A stretch of 63,199 bases of DNA, filler included, from Perkinsus olseni (GCA_013115125.1; 48 parts of 48 records of this genome joined end to end with filler, not necessarily neighbours in it), one strand, 5' to 3'; counted from the whole stretch's first letter, positions 36,991 to 49,798 are shown. The notes: generated by a model from the letters alone, not told the origin. A program made the numbers and translations.

Positions 36991-38569
36991 AGTCTGAGGA
37001 AAGAGGCGGATCTATTCAACCCACAACATGCGAGCTTCAACCTAAGATACGCATTCGCGCTCGCGATGCACAGAGTTACTGAGATGAATTAGACGAGATG
37101 ACATCAATTCGAGTGCTTCATCCATCGCCAGGAAAAATCAAAAATCTCATAAAATATNNNNNNNNNNNNNNNNNNNNNNNNNNNNNNNNNNNNNNNNNNN
37201 NTTAATTAATTAANNNNNNNNNNNNNNNNNNNNNNNNNNNNNNNNNNNNNNNNNNNNCGTACTCGGGTATCTTGCCGAGGTAGAATCTATCGTTCCAGCC
37301 AGACCGACGCTCGGCCTGAGTGAGGTAGGGTGCACATACATCGCCTCATTTGGGACAGCGAGATGAAGTGGACCACATGGCAGGAGTTAACCGCGGCAAA
37401 CTACTTTACCCGACTCATGGTATCAGTATCCCAATCTCGGCCTATAGATAAAGCTAAAGTCACTCAGCATTTTCAACGGCTACGGGGCTCATATAGTAAA
37501 GAAAATGGCCTATGCTGACTGCGACATGCTCGTGATCCATTTCCGGCATACGATTTGAGGTCCCTGTCACCTGTCGTTTCTCTATAGCTGCCTGCCGAGG
37601 TCGATAGCGAGGTGGCAGGAGGTCAACCTCACTAACTCTGCTCGATCGAAGTGCGTCTGATCGAGTCGATCTTTCTTGTCCGAAGCTCATGAGGGGTACC
37701 AGAGGGAGGGTCATTATTGTGTTAAGGATACTATTCGGAAGCCTCGGTGGAGCATAAGCTCCTCAGTAGGTTGCGACTATCTCGATATCCCCACGAATAT
37801 AACAATTGTTGAGCTCAAAGGTTTGGATCTCGGCTATTAATCGATTCATCTCTCGCGTCCTCGACGTCAGAGCCTGAAAAATACACCCTCCGCCTGTCGT
37901 CCGAGCGAAGAGAATGTAAATTTTGCCAGGATCAACAAGAATTTGGCAAGCCGTTTGAGCCGTGAGCGGGCATAGACAATCTTGAGTAGAAAGTTGAGTT
38001 GCAACATGAGTCTGGCGTTTCGTTGATGAACAGAGGGAGTACTCTGAGACTGTCGTACTGATCTGATACGTGATGGCTGGAAAGGATTCAGCTACTGGGG
38101 GAGAGGACACACAGCGTACGATACTGTCCACCATCACAACTGACCACCACAGAACAACGACTCTACGACACCCGCACAGAAATATGACGATATTTAGGGG
38201 GCTCGAGGGAGCTGAATCGACACTGTCGAGCCTGATTCCCGAGCCGAGCTTGCCATTTCATAGCCTCCTTGTAACGCTATCACTCTACTGAGACCAGACG
38301 CCGAGTGACAGTGCAGCTCAACGTCTGGTGAGTGGCACTCAGTTAGTGCACGAGCCGTCAGCGGAAGCGACTCTCGAGCTCGAGTTCCACACTTCCGAGG
38401 CGAGCGCAATGGAGTCGCTCGAGCGCATTCGGTAACCCAGTCTCTAGATTTTCCCCACAGTCCTCAACGNNNNNNNNNNNNNNNNNNNNNNNNNNNNNNN
38501 NNNNNNNNNNNNNTTAATTAATTAANNNNNNNNNNNNNNNNNNNNNNNNNNNNNNNNNNNNNNNNNNNN

Positions 38570-39320
38570 GGCACTAGAGGTTCAATGAAGTACGCCAATC
38601 GATCGGTGAGACTGTCTGATCCGAGGGCGACATAGTTGGCGTTTTTCTTGAGGACCTTCCAGGCAGAGGGCTCGTAGTTCGGGGTCTTCACGCAGTCGAG
38701 GGCTGCGTCCATGCTGTCAGCTGGGCACTGGTCGTTGGGGAGCTGGAAGCCGTCCTTAGTGTAATCGAGGACCACATAGCACCGAGGGACTTAACGTAAT
38801 CAGCGTTCCTTCCGCTACAGACGGCATAGACCTTCGCACCGTGGGCCTTGGCGATCTGTACGGCACTCGCTCCGGTACCACCGCTTGCACCGAGTATCAG
38901 CACGTTCTTGCCGGGAGCCAACACGTCGCCTTCCTTCAGAGCCTGTAGACTAGCCAAAGAGGCGACCGGCAAGGAGGCGGCGACGACGGGTGACATGCCC
39001 TTTGGAATGCGGGCAATACGAGACACATCAGCCACGGTATACTCACAGAAGGAACCTTGGCGAGCTACGCCGTAGACCAGATCACCCTTCTTGTACTCAC
39101 CGGAACCAATGGTTACTAAGCCTGCGAAGTCGAAACCTGTCGCTCGGCCTACAGCATTTTGCTTGACGATAGGCATGTGCGGAAGGCCAAGGTCGACCGG
39201 ATTGATGCTGGCTGCGAGGACCTTAACCTGGACCTGCCCGTCCGACGGTTGAGGGACCGGCATAACTTCTTTAAAGAAGACGATCTCTCCATCGTCGGAT
39301 CTGTAGATACAGGCCTTCAT
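38570..39320 (-). pseudogene. MDR-family quinone oxidoreductase/alcohol dehydrogenase-like gene with a 1-bp frameshift
   Basis: AASINPVD, GFDFAG, VLILGASGGTG; SLGA-(D)VVLDY is split by one missing G near 38778. Confidence 0.88.
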
Positions 39321-39880
39321 CACCAGTGAGTGGCTTCAGATAGGCCAGTTGATCAGCCGCTAAGCGCAGGGTTCCGGCGGTAGCACGCATGCACACCTGC
39401 TTCCCTGTCCCCAGTTTCCATGTGCAATGGGACCATGTAGTCCGCATAATCGCCTTTACTGTCAGTAGGAGCGCGGATCGACTCAGCCCGAAGGTTCGGC
39501 CGTTCGGAGTTGTCCAGGTCATCGGAATGAAAACACCTATTGCCCGCTGCCCAGGTGCCGTGCACCACTGGCTAGTGGTGACACCATCGATGGTGACACC
39601 TACCGCTCGAGTAGTGAGCTCGAGAAGCCACGAAACCATTCAAGGTTGACCCTCTCCTGCAGGTGGTCCTTCTTGATGGGTGCTTGTTGACCCGCGTTAG
39701 GATTGAGAGGATGTTGATGAGGGCAGAAGGAGCGCCCTCCTTGACGAGCGGGTCTCGGAGACCGCAGCGGAGTCCGCTGTNNNNNNNNNNNNNNNNNNNN
39801 NNNNNNNNNNNNNNNNNNNNNNNNTTAATTAATTAANNNNNNNNNNNNNNNNNNNNNNNNNNNNNNNNNNNNNNNNNNNN

Positions 39881-39949
39881 ACCCCAACGCGCAATGTTTG
39901 GTAGTACTGCGTATGTTTTTGTTTCTGGCGAAACCGGCGCGTTACCCAC
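39881..39949 (-). mobile_element. Left end of GTG...CTAG element (type B variant)
   Basis: tCTAG|GTGGGTAACGCGCCGGTTTCGCCAGAAAC, compared with GTGGTAAGGCGCCGGGTTTGCCAAAAAC at 47787 and 62077. Confidence 0.7.
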
Positions 39950-40141
39950 CTAGACCTATCACTTGCCTTACTTGTGCCTTCCCACGGCATTTACGACCCG
40001 CTGATCCATTCGACTGCTCTTTGTTTCGCTGGTTCACGTATTTGGCTGCATGTATCGCAGACTAATACGACCTCCATCGCAACACAATGAATGCCTAACT
40101 CGAGATCGCACGTCTAGCGGCTTTGCTGCGAGTGTGCCTAG
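39950..40141 (+). mobile_element. Right end of type A element (longest view, up to ~190 bp)
   Basis: Last 70 bp match 56836-56905; junction CCTAG|AT; the upstream extent is inferred. Confidence 0.75.
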
Positions 40142-41023
40142 ATTGGTATTACTAGTCGGTATTGAGCAATTACTATGAGGACCTCTGCAACTATAGCTCA
40201 AGTGACTACTCTGATTATCTCTCTAGTATTGAGTTAATCTAGTGGCGTGACTAGTAATCGTGTAATCGTTCGGATTCGGTTAATCCACGGTCCTCCGGTG
40301 GTGTTGTCGGCTCCAGATTACCTCCATTCCGAGGTTCCTCTCCAGCTTTACTACTGCTGCCGCCGCTGGACCGCGCAGTGGAATGTGACGTCATGAGAGC
40401 ACATGCATTTTTTTACGTTGAGTTCCACCAGTCGGGCAGGATCCTGGCGAGGAGAGGAGAGCTGACGTTTTGGAAGCTTTTGTTGTCTTGGTCGTCAGTA
40501 TGCAAAAAGCGTCAACTTATCATCCCCACCCGGCGGCTCTATTACCGGCTTCTTCCGACGGGAACCCGACTGAAACAGTAACAGTCGGAGCGGATCAGAC
40601 CACCCCTTTAGCGATGCCCTATGCGGCCCATAGCCGGGCGACTGCATCTCGGCTGAGGGATGCGCAAAACGAGGGGGTTACTGTACCGGAATTACAGCAT
40701 TTACAAGATGATGGAGGGTTCGACGAAGGAGAAGGGCTCAGTAATCCGGCGTCAGGAGGGTATGATAGCGATGGCCAAGGGAATGCACAGGGAGATCAGG
40801 AGGAGGAGGAAACGCAGAAAGGAGAACAAGGAGAGCAACAAGGAGAGGGGACACAGGGGCCGATGCGTGTTCAACAGCAGCCACAACAACAGCAGCAGCT
40901 TCAAAATGGAGACCAGCAAAGGATGATCATAGCACAGCATCAACAGCAAATACTAATGGTGTGTCCAGCTGCCGTGCCACCCGGGCCTTCACTTTACGTT
41001 CCATTGCTGTCCAGATGCAACAT

Positions 41024-41024
41024 C

Positions 41025-41089
<65 letters not shown>

Positions 41090-41090
41090 C
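41024..41090. repeat. (AAC)n microsatellite at contig end
   Basis: Pure AAC run. Confidence 0.95.
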
Positions 41091-42327
41091 NNNNNNNNNN
41101 NNNNNNNNNNNNNNNNNNNNNNNNNNNNNNNNNNTTAATTAATTAANNNNNNNNNNNNNNNNNNNNNNNNNNNNNNNNNNNNNNNNNNNNTGGGAAAGCA
41201 GTATTTCATCAAATGATGGTCCACCCGGGCGCAGCTCTGTCAACAAAGAAGCACCTCGTTATATTGGAAGAAAACTCCCGTGTGTCGTGGACAGTGAAGT
41301 TGGCGGCCGTCGCGAGAGGCTCGTGTTTTTGTTAGGCGTTTTTCATGTACACTCCACCACTACCGGGATGAGAGACAGACGCCTTGGAGAGATCGTATCT
41401 TCGCAGAGTCACTCGAAAGAAGTAAGGTTACACCACAAACCGCGTACGCGGATGGCTACTCACGCGCAGTTCTCGGTGTGACCCCTGGTGGAGCTTCAGC
41501 CGCGTTCGGACCTGATTCGGTTGCATACGTTTTTGCCTCGAACGCTTCTCCAAGTCTCAGGGCGAGAGCAATCCTCGTGGCGTGTCGAACTACGCCAAGA
41601 TGATGAGGAGTTCAGGTCCTGGCTGCATGTATGCTGCGGTGGCCGTCCAGGTCTGGCGAGGACGACTCCAATGGTCGAGTCCTCCTCATCACTAGTGGTC
41701 TAGATAAGACATTGAGGTGGGGCACCGTTCTTCACTGTGGGAGCGTTGCCCCAGGAATGTCCTTCCGGCAGGTTCTGGGATGGAAACTTCACCAGAATCA
41801 AGATCTGGGAGTTTCCCAAAACGTACATCGGCTCGCTGTGTTGGGCTGCTCAAAGGCACACTTTGTTCGGGGCGGATCATTTCGGGGACTGTGTCTATCA
41901 GTGGACCATCGCTTCATGGACAGAAGTGAGTTATTCACTGGACGAGCTCTAACCGGACGCTGAAGAGTCGGAGTGCCTAGCACTCCCACACTAGCTGGAT
42001 CGCAGTTACGCACCCAGGAGACACCCACCACTCTGAGGCGAATCCATGCTGACTCGGCAGCGCATAGTTCGACTATCAATCGAATTCTATGGATCGATCG
42101 TCTGGAAGCCATTGTTACTGCGGGGATGGACAAGTAGGCGGCTGATCGAGGCTCTGGGTGACCATGGCTCTCAGAAAGATCATTCTATGGGACACGATAC
42201 AATGTCGAACTCTGTACGAGTTGAGCGGTGCGCATACCAAGGGTGTCATGCATTTGGCGTATAGTGATGCGTCATGTAAGAAGCCATAGGGTGTCTGCTC
42301 TCGTGAGGAACTACATTGACTGAAACA

Positions 42328-42399
42328 TACCCGATGCAGGATTCGAACCTACGACCATCTGCTCCGTAGGCAGACATTCTATCCAGCTGAACTAATCGG
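42328..42399 (-). tRNA. tRNA-Arg(ACG), ~2 nt of 5' end cut by the gap
   Basis: Anticodon arm TCTGC-CTACGGA-GCAGA, T-loop GGTTCGAATCC, acceptor CCGAT/ATCGG. Confidence 0.93.
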
Positions 42400-42499
42400 N
42401 NNNNNNNNNNNNNNNNNNNNNNNNNNNNNNNNNNNNNNNNNNNTTAATTAATTAANNNNNNNNNNNNNNNNNNNNNNNNNNNNNNNNNNNNNNNNNNNN

Positions 42500-43707
42500 T
42501 TGTTGTTGTCATGGACGACTTTGTCGTGGCCGGTGAGGCGCACGTGATTGATGTCGTCGAACAACTGTTGCTGTCGGGCTGGGACCTGTGTGGTTTCGTC
42601 TGTCCCGAGGCTAAGCGCGAGAGATGGTCGGGTGATCAGAGTACCCGTTGGCTCGGGAATCTCTGGTGCTGGGACGATGAGCACGAGAAGCTGTCTGTCA
42701 AGCGCTGTGATGCTCCGGTAGTCCCGGAGGCTGCAGGCTTGAGTAAGCGCGCTGTGTTCAAGTTGGCCGGGAAGATCGGCTGTGTTACTGGTGGCGCTTA
42801 CGAGGCGCTAGCCAGATGCCATTCCGATGCAGCTCGAGTAGCTGCTGGTCAGGCCGGTTCCTGGGACGGCCAGGATCAACCATGGGCGAAGACAGCAGCC
42901 CATCACTTAGGCTTGGCATGCGAGTATTGGCGACGAGCGGCAGTTGATGAGGACGGTGACGTCCCAATCTTCTCGAAATGTAGTCATCTCACTATTGATG
43001 TTGATGCTAGTGGGCTGGGCTACGGTTACTGCTGGCGTGATGAAGAAGGCCGAGTGCTAGGAGCCGAGGGACGTATACAGAGTAAGAGCATGGCCTTTGC
43101 GGCCTGGCATATTAATCGAAGGGAGTTGTTTGCCATCGCTGCTGCGTTGCGGAAGACTGTGGAAGTTGTCGAGGCGAACGGTTTTCCCGTTCTGAATGTG
43201 ATTACGGTGAGAAGCGACTCTCGGGTTGCGATCAGACAGTCTTCTCCTTGGTTCATTCCTGCCACGAAAAGTGTTGAACGCCGAGCCATATTGCGATTGC
43301 GCGGTGTCATCGCAGACATTAGTCATGCTCTCTCCTGTCGAGTACCTTCGATATACCTTCGAATGGTCCACATTAGTGGTCATTTGAACTCTGTCGCCGA
43401 TACGCTCTCTCGGGTCGGATCTAGCAAGAAGGCTGTTGATCTGAGTACTGTTTGGTCGGAAACCTCTACTGAAGATGGTTCTAGTGTGAACTGTGCAGTG
43501 GTAGATGTGGTTTCATGGTTGGACGACGATGACCATGGCGCGATAGCTCTTCCTAGTTTCAAGAGTTGGATACGGTCGCGGGAATCGACTCGCGATGACT
43601 CTGATGATGATGGTACTCCAATTGGTTCTGCTGGGAAGGCTGCTCTGTTCCGTCAATTTCTGAAACTCAAGCAGGAAGAAGATCCTCTGTGTAAACGTGT
43701 ACTTCAG
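42500..43707 (+). CDS. Divergent LTR pol (RT-RNase H), same clade as 6740-7978
   Basis: SMDD, VDASGLGYG, WHINRREL, SDS, HISGHLNSVADTLSR, ending in QEEDP. Confidence 0.85.
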
Positions 43708-43885
43708 NNNNNNNNNNNNNNNNNNNNNNNNNNNNNNNNNNNNNNNNNNNNTTAATTAATTAANNNNNNNNNNNNNNNNNNNNNNNNNNNNNNNNNNNNN
43801 NNNNNNNCAATACACAACGCCAAGTGGGTAGCGTAGATGGATTAGATGATTATAGTAGTATTACAATATTACTATGACACGGGTT

Positions 43886-44052
43886 GGGGGAAAAATCGAG
43901 AAAAGGGGAGGGGAAAAAAGAAAAAGAGGGAAAGGGAGGGAAAAGAAGGAAAAGAAAGAGGGAAAAGGGGAAGGAAGAGAGAAAGAAGAGAGAAAGAAGA
44001 GAAAAAGAAGAGAAAAAGAAGAGCAAAGGAAGAAAAAATGAAACCAAAAAGG
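43886..44052 (+). repeat. Polypurine (A/G) low-complexity tract
   Basis: ~165 nt almost entirely A and G. Confidence 0.9.
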
Positions 44053-45113
44053 TGAGTATACGTTTCATTGTATTTTTATTTTTTTCTCTCCGATATCATG
44101 TGCCGATGCGTTCTCGAGTGTAGCCAGCCGGGTGAAGAGTGTAACAAGTTATTCTCTGTTAGTCACCCCCAGAGCCTCAACTGACAACGCAAGCGAATAA
44201 CAACGAGAATAAAGGAGATTGTAGACAGATCATTGTCCACCTCACACAGTCTCCCGACCAGAGCCTCTAGGTCTTGTACAGTGGATGGATTATGAAGCCA
44301 CGGTTTACGCACATCAACCATGACCGGTTGAGCGCGTTTTTCCCCAGTGAACGCTTCCCTCTTGGATTCGTCCCCACCTTCTTCTACATGAGCCACATCC
44401 GAACTTGACCCGGGATTATCTCGAGGTGACTCCGACGAGTGATGGTTAGAACTCCCATCTCCGACACTTGTGGAAGCTTGACTCCTAGACGACCCTCCGG
44501 CGAGACTCGTGCCTGGAAGACGAGAGGTTGCCAGACTGGCAATGCCAGTGTAGGAACTATCACGGGTCAACAAGACGCAGTCATACTGGATGAGCTGGTG
44601 AACTCGCGGGTTTCCTACCTGATTGAACCGACAGATGTTTGGTGAACCAGCTCCGCTTCTTCGCTGCTTCCGCTCTTTGACACATTATAGCTTCCTTTAT
44701 CTTCAAAATTTCTTTCGGAAGGCGGCCTAAAATAGTCAGCGAGACACTACGCGAACCCCTCGCTTGATATGACCAGATCTCTGAGGGCGGGGGTCCTCGC
44801 CCTTTCTCCAAGCTTCTATGAGGTGTTTGTACTTCGCGTGAGCCTGTTCCTTAGTAAGCTTGACTTTTGTCATAGTGGAACATACTGTACTAAGAGCGAA
44901 TTAATAAAAAGACGCGCGCGGACAGAATCGCAAACCATACGACACTTGCGGGACAATTAGCCTAGCTGACACAATCTTGCGCTCTTGTAGTTTCTTAAGA
45001 GCACAATCTTGCGNNNNNNNNNNNNNNNNNNNNNNNNNNNNNNNNNNNNNNNNNNNNTTAATTAATTAANNNNNNNNNNNNNNNNNNNNNNNNNNNNNNN
45101 NNNNNNNNNNNNN

Positions 45114-45380
45114 ATACAGGTTTCGCCAACCCGGATTTCGCCAAAATGACACCTAACGGATTTCCAGACTCTTGGACATGTTTGTTAGGCAATATAAGGG
45201 CAGGGACAGATTCGAACAATTTGGCGAAATACCAGGCATAGCGACAAGTTTCGCCACATAGTTGTTGCGACATACGGGTTTTGCCAAAGATGGTCAAATC
45301 TGGGCTACGCAGGGTTTTGCCAAGTTCCTTGTTGGCGTAAGACGGTACTGAACCGTGTTTCGCCAATCGCTACACCGTAC
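45114..45380. repeat. Clustered TT(C/T)GCCA / TTGGCG motifs, likely DNA-transposon subterminal region
   Basis: About eight short motifs in both orientations at the contig start. Confidence 0.5.
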
Positions 45381-46419
45381 AGGTAACGCCAATTTCAGCT
45401 TAAAATTTCCAGGTCGCTGGGGATGTTAAATCATGTGATACGAGGACGTCGTCGATCAATTACTTTGACACTCTTGCTCGTGCAAAGACGGTTGGCGGAG
45501 CGGTTGGAGTGTCACGCTTCACATCAAAAGGCCGCACGTTCGAATCTTGGTAGGTATTTTTATTACTCCGTTTTGAAACTGAGAAATTTTGAATCATCAG
45601 GAATGGCATTCATCATGAACATTGTAGGTTTCTCTGTAGTAAGCACTTAGATTTTCGTCGGGCAGTGGCCATCACTTTATCCTAACACTCAGAAGTTGAT
45701 AATTTTCAGTAATGGAACAGTCCAATCCTACTGATCATGAAGTTGTCGGCTTTGTCAACAGCATCAGCACATGGCGCAACACACCAGACGGTGGGTCTCG
45801 GGTGCTCCAGTTATTTTTCGAACTGGTTCAACTGGTTGTGAGCCAGTTCCATCTTTTATACGACAGCATTAAGAGAGGCCGTGAGACCCTCCGCAGTATC
45901 TCGCAGTACTCTCCGGATTGGTGGATAGTCGTACATGGCCCAGCGGATTTGCGTGTGTTCTCCTTATGGCCTGAGTTCAACGGTTCTGCGGGTGTGAGCG
46001 GTCGCCCATCGTTGCAAATTTTTGGGGATTTTCTGTTGCGCCTGAACCAGATGGATACCGCCAAACTGGTTGATGGGTTGAAATACCGCTTGTTCGTGTT
46101 GACACATCACGTTGAACTTCCTCAAGATCATCGCTTTGCTGATCTTCTGAGGGCCTTTCTTCTTGGGATGAAATGGGAGTCTTATGATTATGAGTATATG
46201 TGTCGCTTGTTTCCGCATGCTCGCAACCGAAATACCGACTACTCGGTCTGCCTGGCGGTTGCTAAGGGGTTCGCGAAGATACAAGATCTGCCAGATTATG
46301 TATATTCTATCATGTACNNNNNNNNNNNNNNNNNNNNNNNNNNNNNNNNNNNNNNNNNNNNTTAATTAATTAANNNNNNNNNNNNNNNNNNNNNNNNNNN
46401 NNNNNNNNNNNNNNNNNGT

Positions 46420-47621
46420 GGTGCGGCCTGGGCCGCAATATTATGTTGCCCTCCTAGGGAATCTGCGGAAACAAGGGCTCAAGATGAGGCGCCTTTGGTG
46501 GTATTCCGTGGTATTGGAGGAATCTTCGGCTCTACGAACTCTATGGAGAGCTGGACCATTCCCAAGAAGGAACTCTATGCACTATTCAGAGGCTGCGAGG
46601 CTATGGTTAAGGTGGCCAATATTCTCGAGGAGGCCGGACTGATCCGTTCGACATCCCAGCTTCGATGGTTCCTATACACGGACTCGGCTATCAGTGTGTT
46701 CCGGCTCAAGGGTGGAGACAAGAAGCTCTCCAAGATCGAGGCCAAGTGGATCACCTACATCCGAGCTACCTGTCGAAGCTTTGGCTGGTGTGTTAGCCAT
46801 GTAAATGGTTCTCGGAATGTTGCTGACTCACCTTCTCGCGGAGTTATCTTCCCTGAGAATGCCGGAGATCACGCTTGCCTATCGCTCAGCATCAAGGAAG
46901 CTCGCTTGGTCGCTTCTGGCTTATCATTGGCGTCGTATAATCCTACCCAAGGTTCTCATGGTGATGATGAAGCTGAAGATGGCGCGGGACAGCAGCTCTG
47001 CGCTGTCGCTGGTACGACCGATAGTGGGGATGTACTACCGTCTTTCAACGTCTCGGATGTGTTCGACACCAACAAATTACTGGATCACCAACAAAGGTCA
47101 ACCCTACTGAGGGAATTGGGAAGGTGGTACACTAATGGCAAGAGATGGGATGAGACGTTTACCTTACCTCGGCGGTTCGTTGAGGTTGAAGGTCCCCTCT
47201 ATGAAGTAGCAGAAGACGGGTTACTCTACCGAATTTCCTGCGTTGACACGAAGGGCGACGTCATGAAGAAGGTTGCTTTGGCACGAGAAGACCCGTCCTT
47301 CATCAACAGCGTCATCGATAAAGTTCATGACTTGGTTGGACATCTAGGAACCGACAAGGTCGGACCGGCCGTCAAGTTTAACTTCTACTGCCCTCGGTTA
47401 TCTACCCTGGTGAATCAGCGTCTCCGTACGTGTCATCAGTGCCAAGTGATCAATGCTTCGAGAAGGACGACAAAGGTATGGGGGAGAGTCTCATTCAAGG
47501 GCACCAGACCAGCTCAAGTGGTGGCCATCGACTTTATGATAATGCCTGAAGGAAAGTTCGTTGGTTCCTCTGTTGTATTCAGGGGAATTTTGAGCATCAC
47601 CTGTGGGGTGACGCATTATAC
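46420..47621 (+). CDS. BEL/Pao-like pol: RNase H + integrase zinc-binding domain and core start
   Basis: TIPKKEL.A, YTDS.I, HVNGSRNVADSPSRG, H...GHLG..CHQCQ, VAIDF. Confidence 0.88.
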
Positions 47622-47721
47622 NNNNNNNNNNNNNNNNNNNNNNNNNNNNNNNNNNNNNNNNNNNNTTAATTAATTAANNNNNNNNNNNNNNNNNNNNNNN
47701 NNNNNNNNNNNNNNNNNNNNN

Positions 47722-47787
47722 CCAGGCTCGCTGATGTGTCGCTTGCGCGACAGTTTATGGTTTTTGGCAAACCCGGCGCCTTACCAC
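47722..47787 (-). mobile_element. Left end of GTG...CTAG element (type B)
   Basis: Matches 62012-62077; junction cCTTG|GTGGTAAG interrupts the integrase (D)QG motif; TGTCGC-GCAA-GCGACA hairpin. Confidence 0.85.
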
Positions 47788-48813
47788 CAAGGATGCCACT
47801 TCGTGGCGGACGCCTTCAGGCAGTATTGTAAGGCCAACAACATGGAGCTCTCCTTCGGCAGCGCCCATAACCCAATGAGGCAGGGGCTGGTGGAGAAACA
47901 TGTGGGAGAGTTAAAGAGGGGCCTTAGGAAGTTAGGCAGGTGTGATTCTGTGGCGGTGTCACTGGTGTGTTCAGCTAGCAACAACAGTGACATCGGTGAC
48001 ACAGGATTCACTCCGCATGAGTTGGTCTTCGGAGATGCCGGCAGGAGCGCCCTCTGGCGAGCCCTCGGCGACGACTCTGAAGAGGCGAACATGTGGGGAC
48101 GGATGGACCTCGAAGACTACTGTCAGAGCCTCGCGAACTTGCTTAAGGAGCAGGATAATGAGTGGTCTAGGGTCCAGAAGGAGTATCGCCAGAGCCAAGC
48201 AAGCCGCAGATCCACGGGAGCAGCTACTCCACTGAAGGAGAATGACCTCGTATGGTGGATCAGGGACGACGACAAAATCCGCGGCCGCATCGCCCAAGGA
48301 CCGTATGCGGTGGTTGGCCCTCTGGTTTCTGACTCCGGGACTGACGGTGACGACGCCACCCAACCAACGACTTACCGACTGGCTGGGGGGCGGGTAATCC
48401 CCAGACACCGATTGGTCAAATATCTGGATGCGGCGGACATTTCCGGATACCCTGAGCTTCTGGGGGGCGCAGGTTTAGTACCGGTCGATATGCGATGCAG
48501 TGACTTTACCAAGCTCCGAGTCGGGGATCTGGTAGGTTGGGTCACCGAGGAGGAGCTGGGAGACGACTCACGAACCACGTGGAGCATCGATCTGGGGTTG
48601 CTCCACAAGCAGATCTTGGCTGATGAATGGCAGGTTCGTCGCCTCTATTACAACACCGACACACATCAATGGGTTGATGTCGGTAACAAGAAAGTCGACA
48701 TATTGTCCAAGAAGGCTTCGGAATTGATCATCGGTCTAGCCTTGAGACGTGATCGTCAGCTGACTCGTAAGAGTCGTGATCGCTTAGTGTCGGCTGGGTA
48801 CTTTTGCTCTTAA
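47788..48813 (+). CDS. LTR retrotransposon integrase core and C-terminus
   Basis: QG.HF, HNPMRQGLVE, TGFTPHELVFG, GPY. Confidence 0.9.
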   Translation, partial: QGCHFVADAFRQYCKANNMELSFGSAHNPMRQGLVEKHVGELKRGLRKLGRCDSVAVSLVCSASNNSDIGDTGFTPHELVFGDAGRSALWRALGDDSEEANMWGRMDLEDYCQSLANLLKEQDNEWSRVQKEYRQSQASRRSTGAATPLKENDLVWWIRDDDKIRGRIAQGPYAVVGPLVSDSGTDGDDATQPTTYRLAGGRVIPRHRLVKYLDAADISGYPELLGGAGLVPVDMRCSDFTKLRVGDLVGWVTEEELGDDSRTTWSIDLGLLHKQILADEWQVRRLYYNTDTHQWVDVGNKKVDILSKKASELIIGLALRRDRQLTRKSRDRLVSAGYFCS

Positions 48814-48839
48814 CCCAACGACTTTGTTAGGTCCCTCGC

Positions 48840-48924
48840 AAAAGGGGGGGCGTGTCCCGACAGCGATCCCTAAACACTCTAGTTGCAGTAGATAGTGCAC
48901 CATCACAGTATATTGGTCGCGGGT
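48840..48924 (+). mobile_element. Polypurine tract and start of 3' LTR
   Basis: AAAAGGGGGGG then TGT at 48853, just after the integrase stop. Confidence 0.7.
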
Positions 48925-49024
48925 NNNNNNNNNNNNNNNNNNNNNNNNNNNNNNNNNNNNNNNNNNNNTTAATTAATTAANNNNNNNNNNNNNNNNNNNN
49001 NNNNNNNNNNNNNNNNNNNNNNNN

Positions 49025-49250
49025 AGCAACCCGAGATGAGGTACTTGCAGGAACCACGGCCGTAGAGACTTTCATACCAACCACCGTATACTAGGTACGT
49101 CACAGAGCTTCCAGTGTCGATACCGAGTCCTATCACATAACCATCGAAGTTCATCCTTACTCGACTTCTCTTCATTGGAAATGATAGCACCGAAGAGGTA
49201 AAGGCCAGCTTCCACGTCAGTGCTGACTGGAGAATCGCCGACCCCCGCAT
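49025..49250 (-). CDS. Pepsin-like aspartyl protease N-terminus
   Basis: FDG...LGIDTGSS catalytic motif; ATG directly follows a pyrimidine tract + CAG. Confidence 0.75.
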
Positions 49251-49798
49251 CTGGGAGGAAAGGACACAAGACTATCACGAGGCAAGCATGAATAACGTGC
49301 CATGCCCCGGCAAGTCCACGGATAGGGAATAGGCTGTTCCGAACAGCCTAGAAAGCGAACTCGAATCCCGAAGTGTTGGCAACTCTTGCATCACACAAAA
49401 GGAGACAGATACATGCATCCTGCTGCATGACGGTTTTCATAGTCTACCATAAACCAAGCGGAAAGAAGAAGCATCTTCCCGACAAGCCTAGACCTTCATC
49501 TCCTCCTGCACCCTCAATGGAATAGTTTTTACAGCATGGTCATGCCCGTTGCAGAGTCAACAAGCTGCGGGATTCCAGCCGGTCCCAGCCGTACCGCCCA
49601 GATCGCAATGGATTCGAATCAGGAGGTATTCAAATCCTGCAAAATCGCGTATCATATTCAAGACTTACGAGGGCGAGAACCTCCGAATTCAATATCAATA
49701 ACGAATGCGTAGTCCGTCAACACCCCTCGACACAAGACGCCACGTGAACCGTCACGGAGTGGGCACAGCCCTGCTACATTCAGATGTCCCCACACTGT

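Noticed and set aside
38770-38785. Programmed frameshift in the MDR oxidoreductase
   Set aside because: No slippery site; one missing G explains it (mutation or assembly error)
40061-40075. T7 promoter (TAATACGAC)
   Set aside because: Only 9 nt match; TCACTATAG is absent
43846-44123. K/R/E-rich and F/S/L-rich ORFs
   Set aside because: By-products of a polypurine tract
47722-47792. Merlin-type GGTAA TIR, or a TG-starting LTR, for type B ends
   Set aside because: Not fully excluded, but the flanks share the NCTNG rule with types A and C and no matching partner end or duplication is seen
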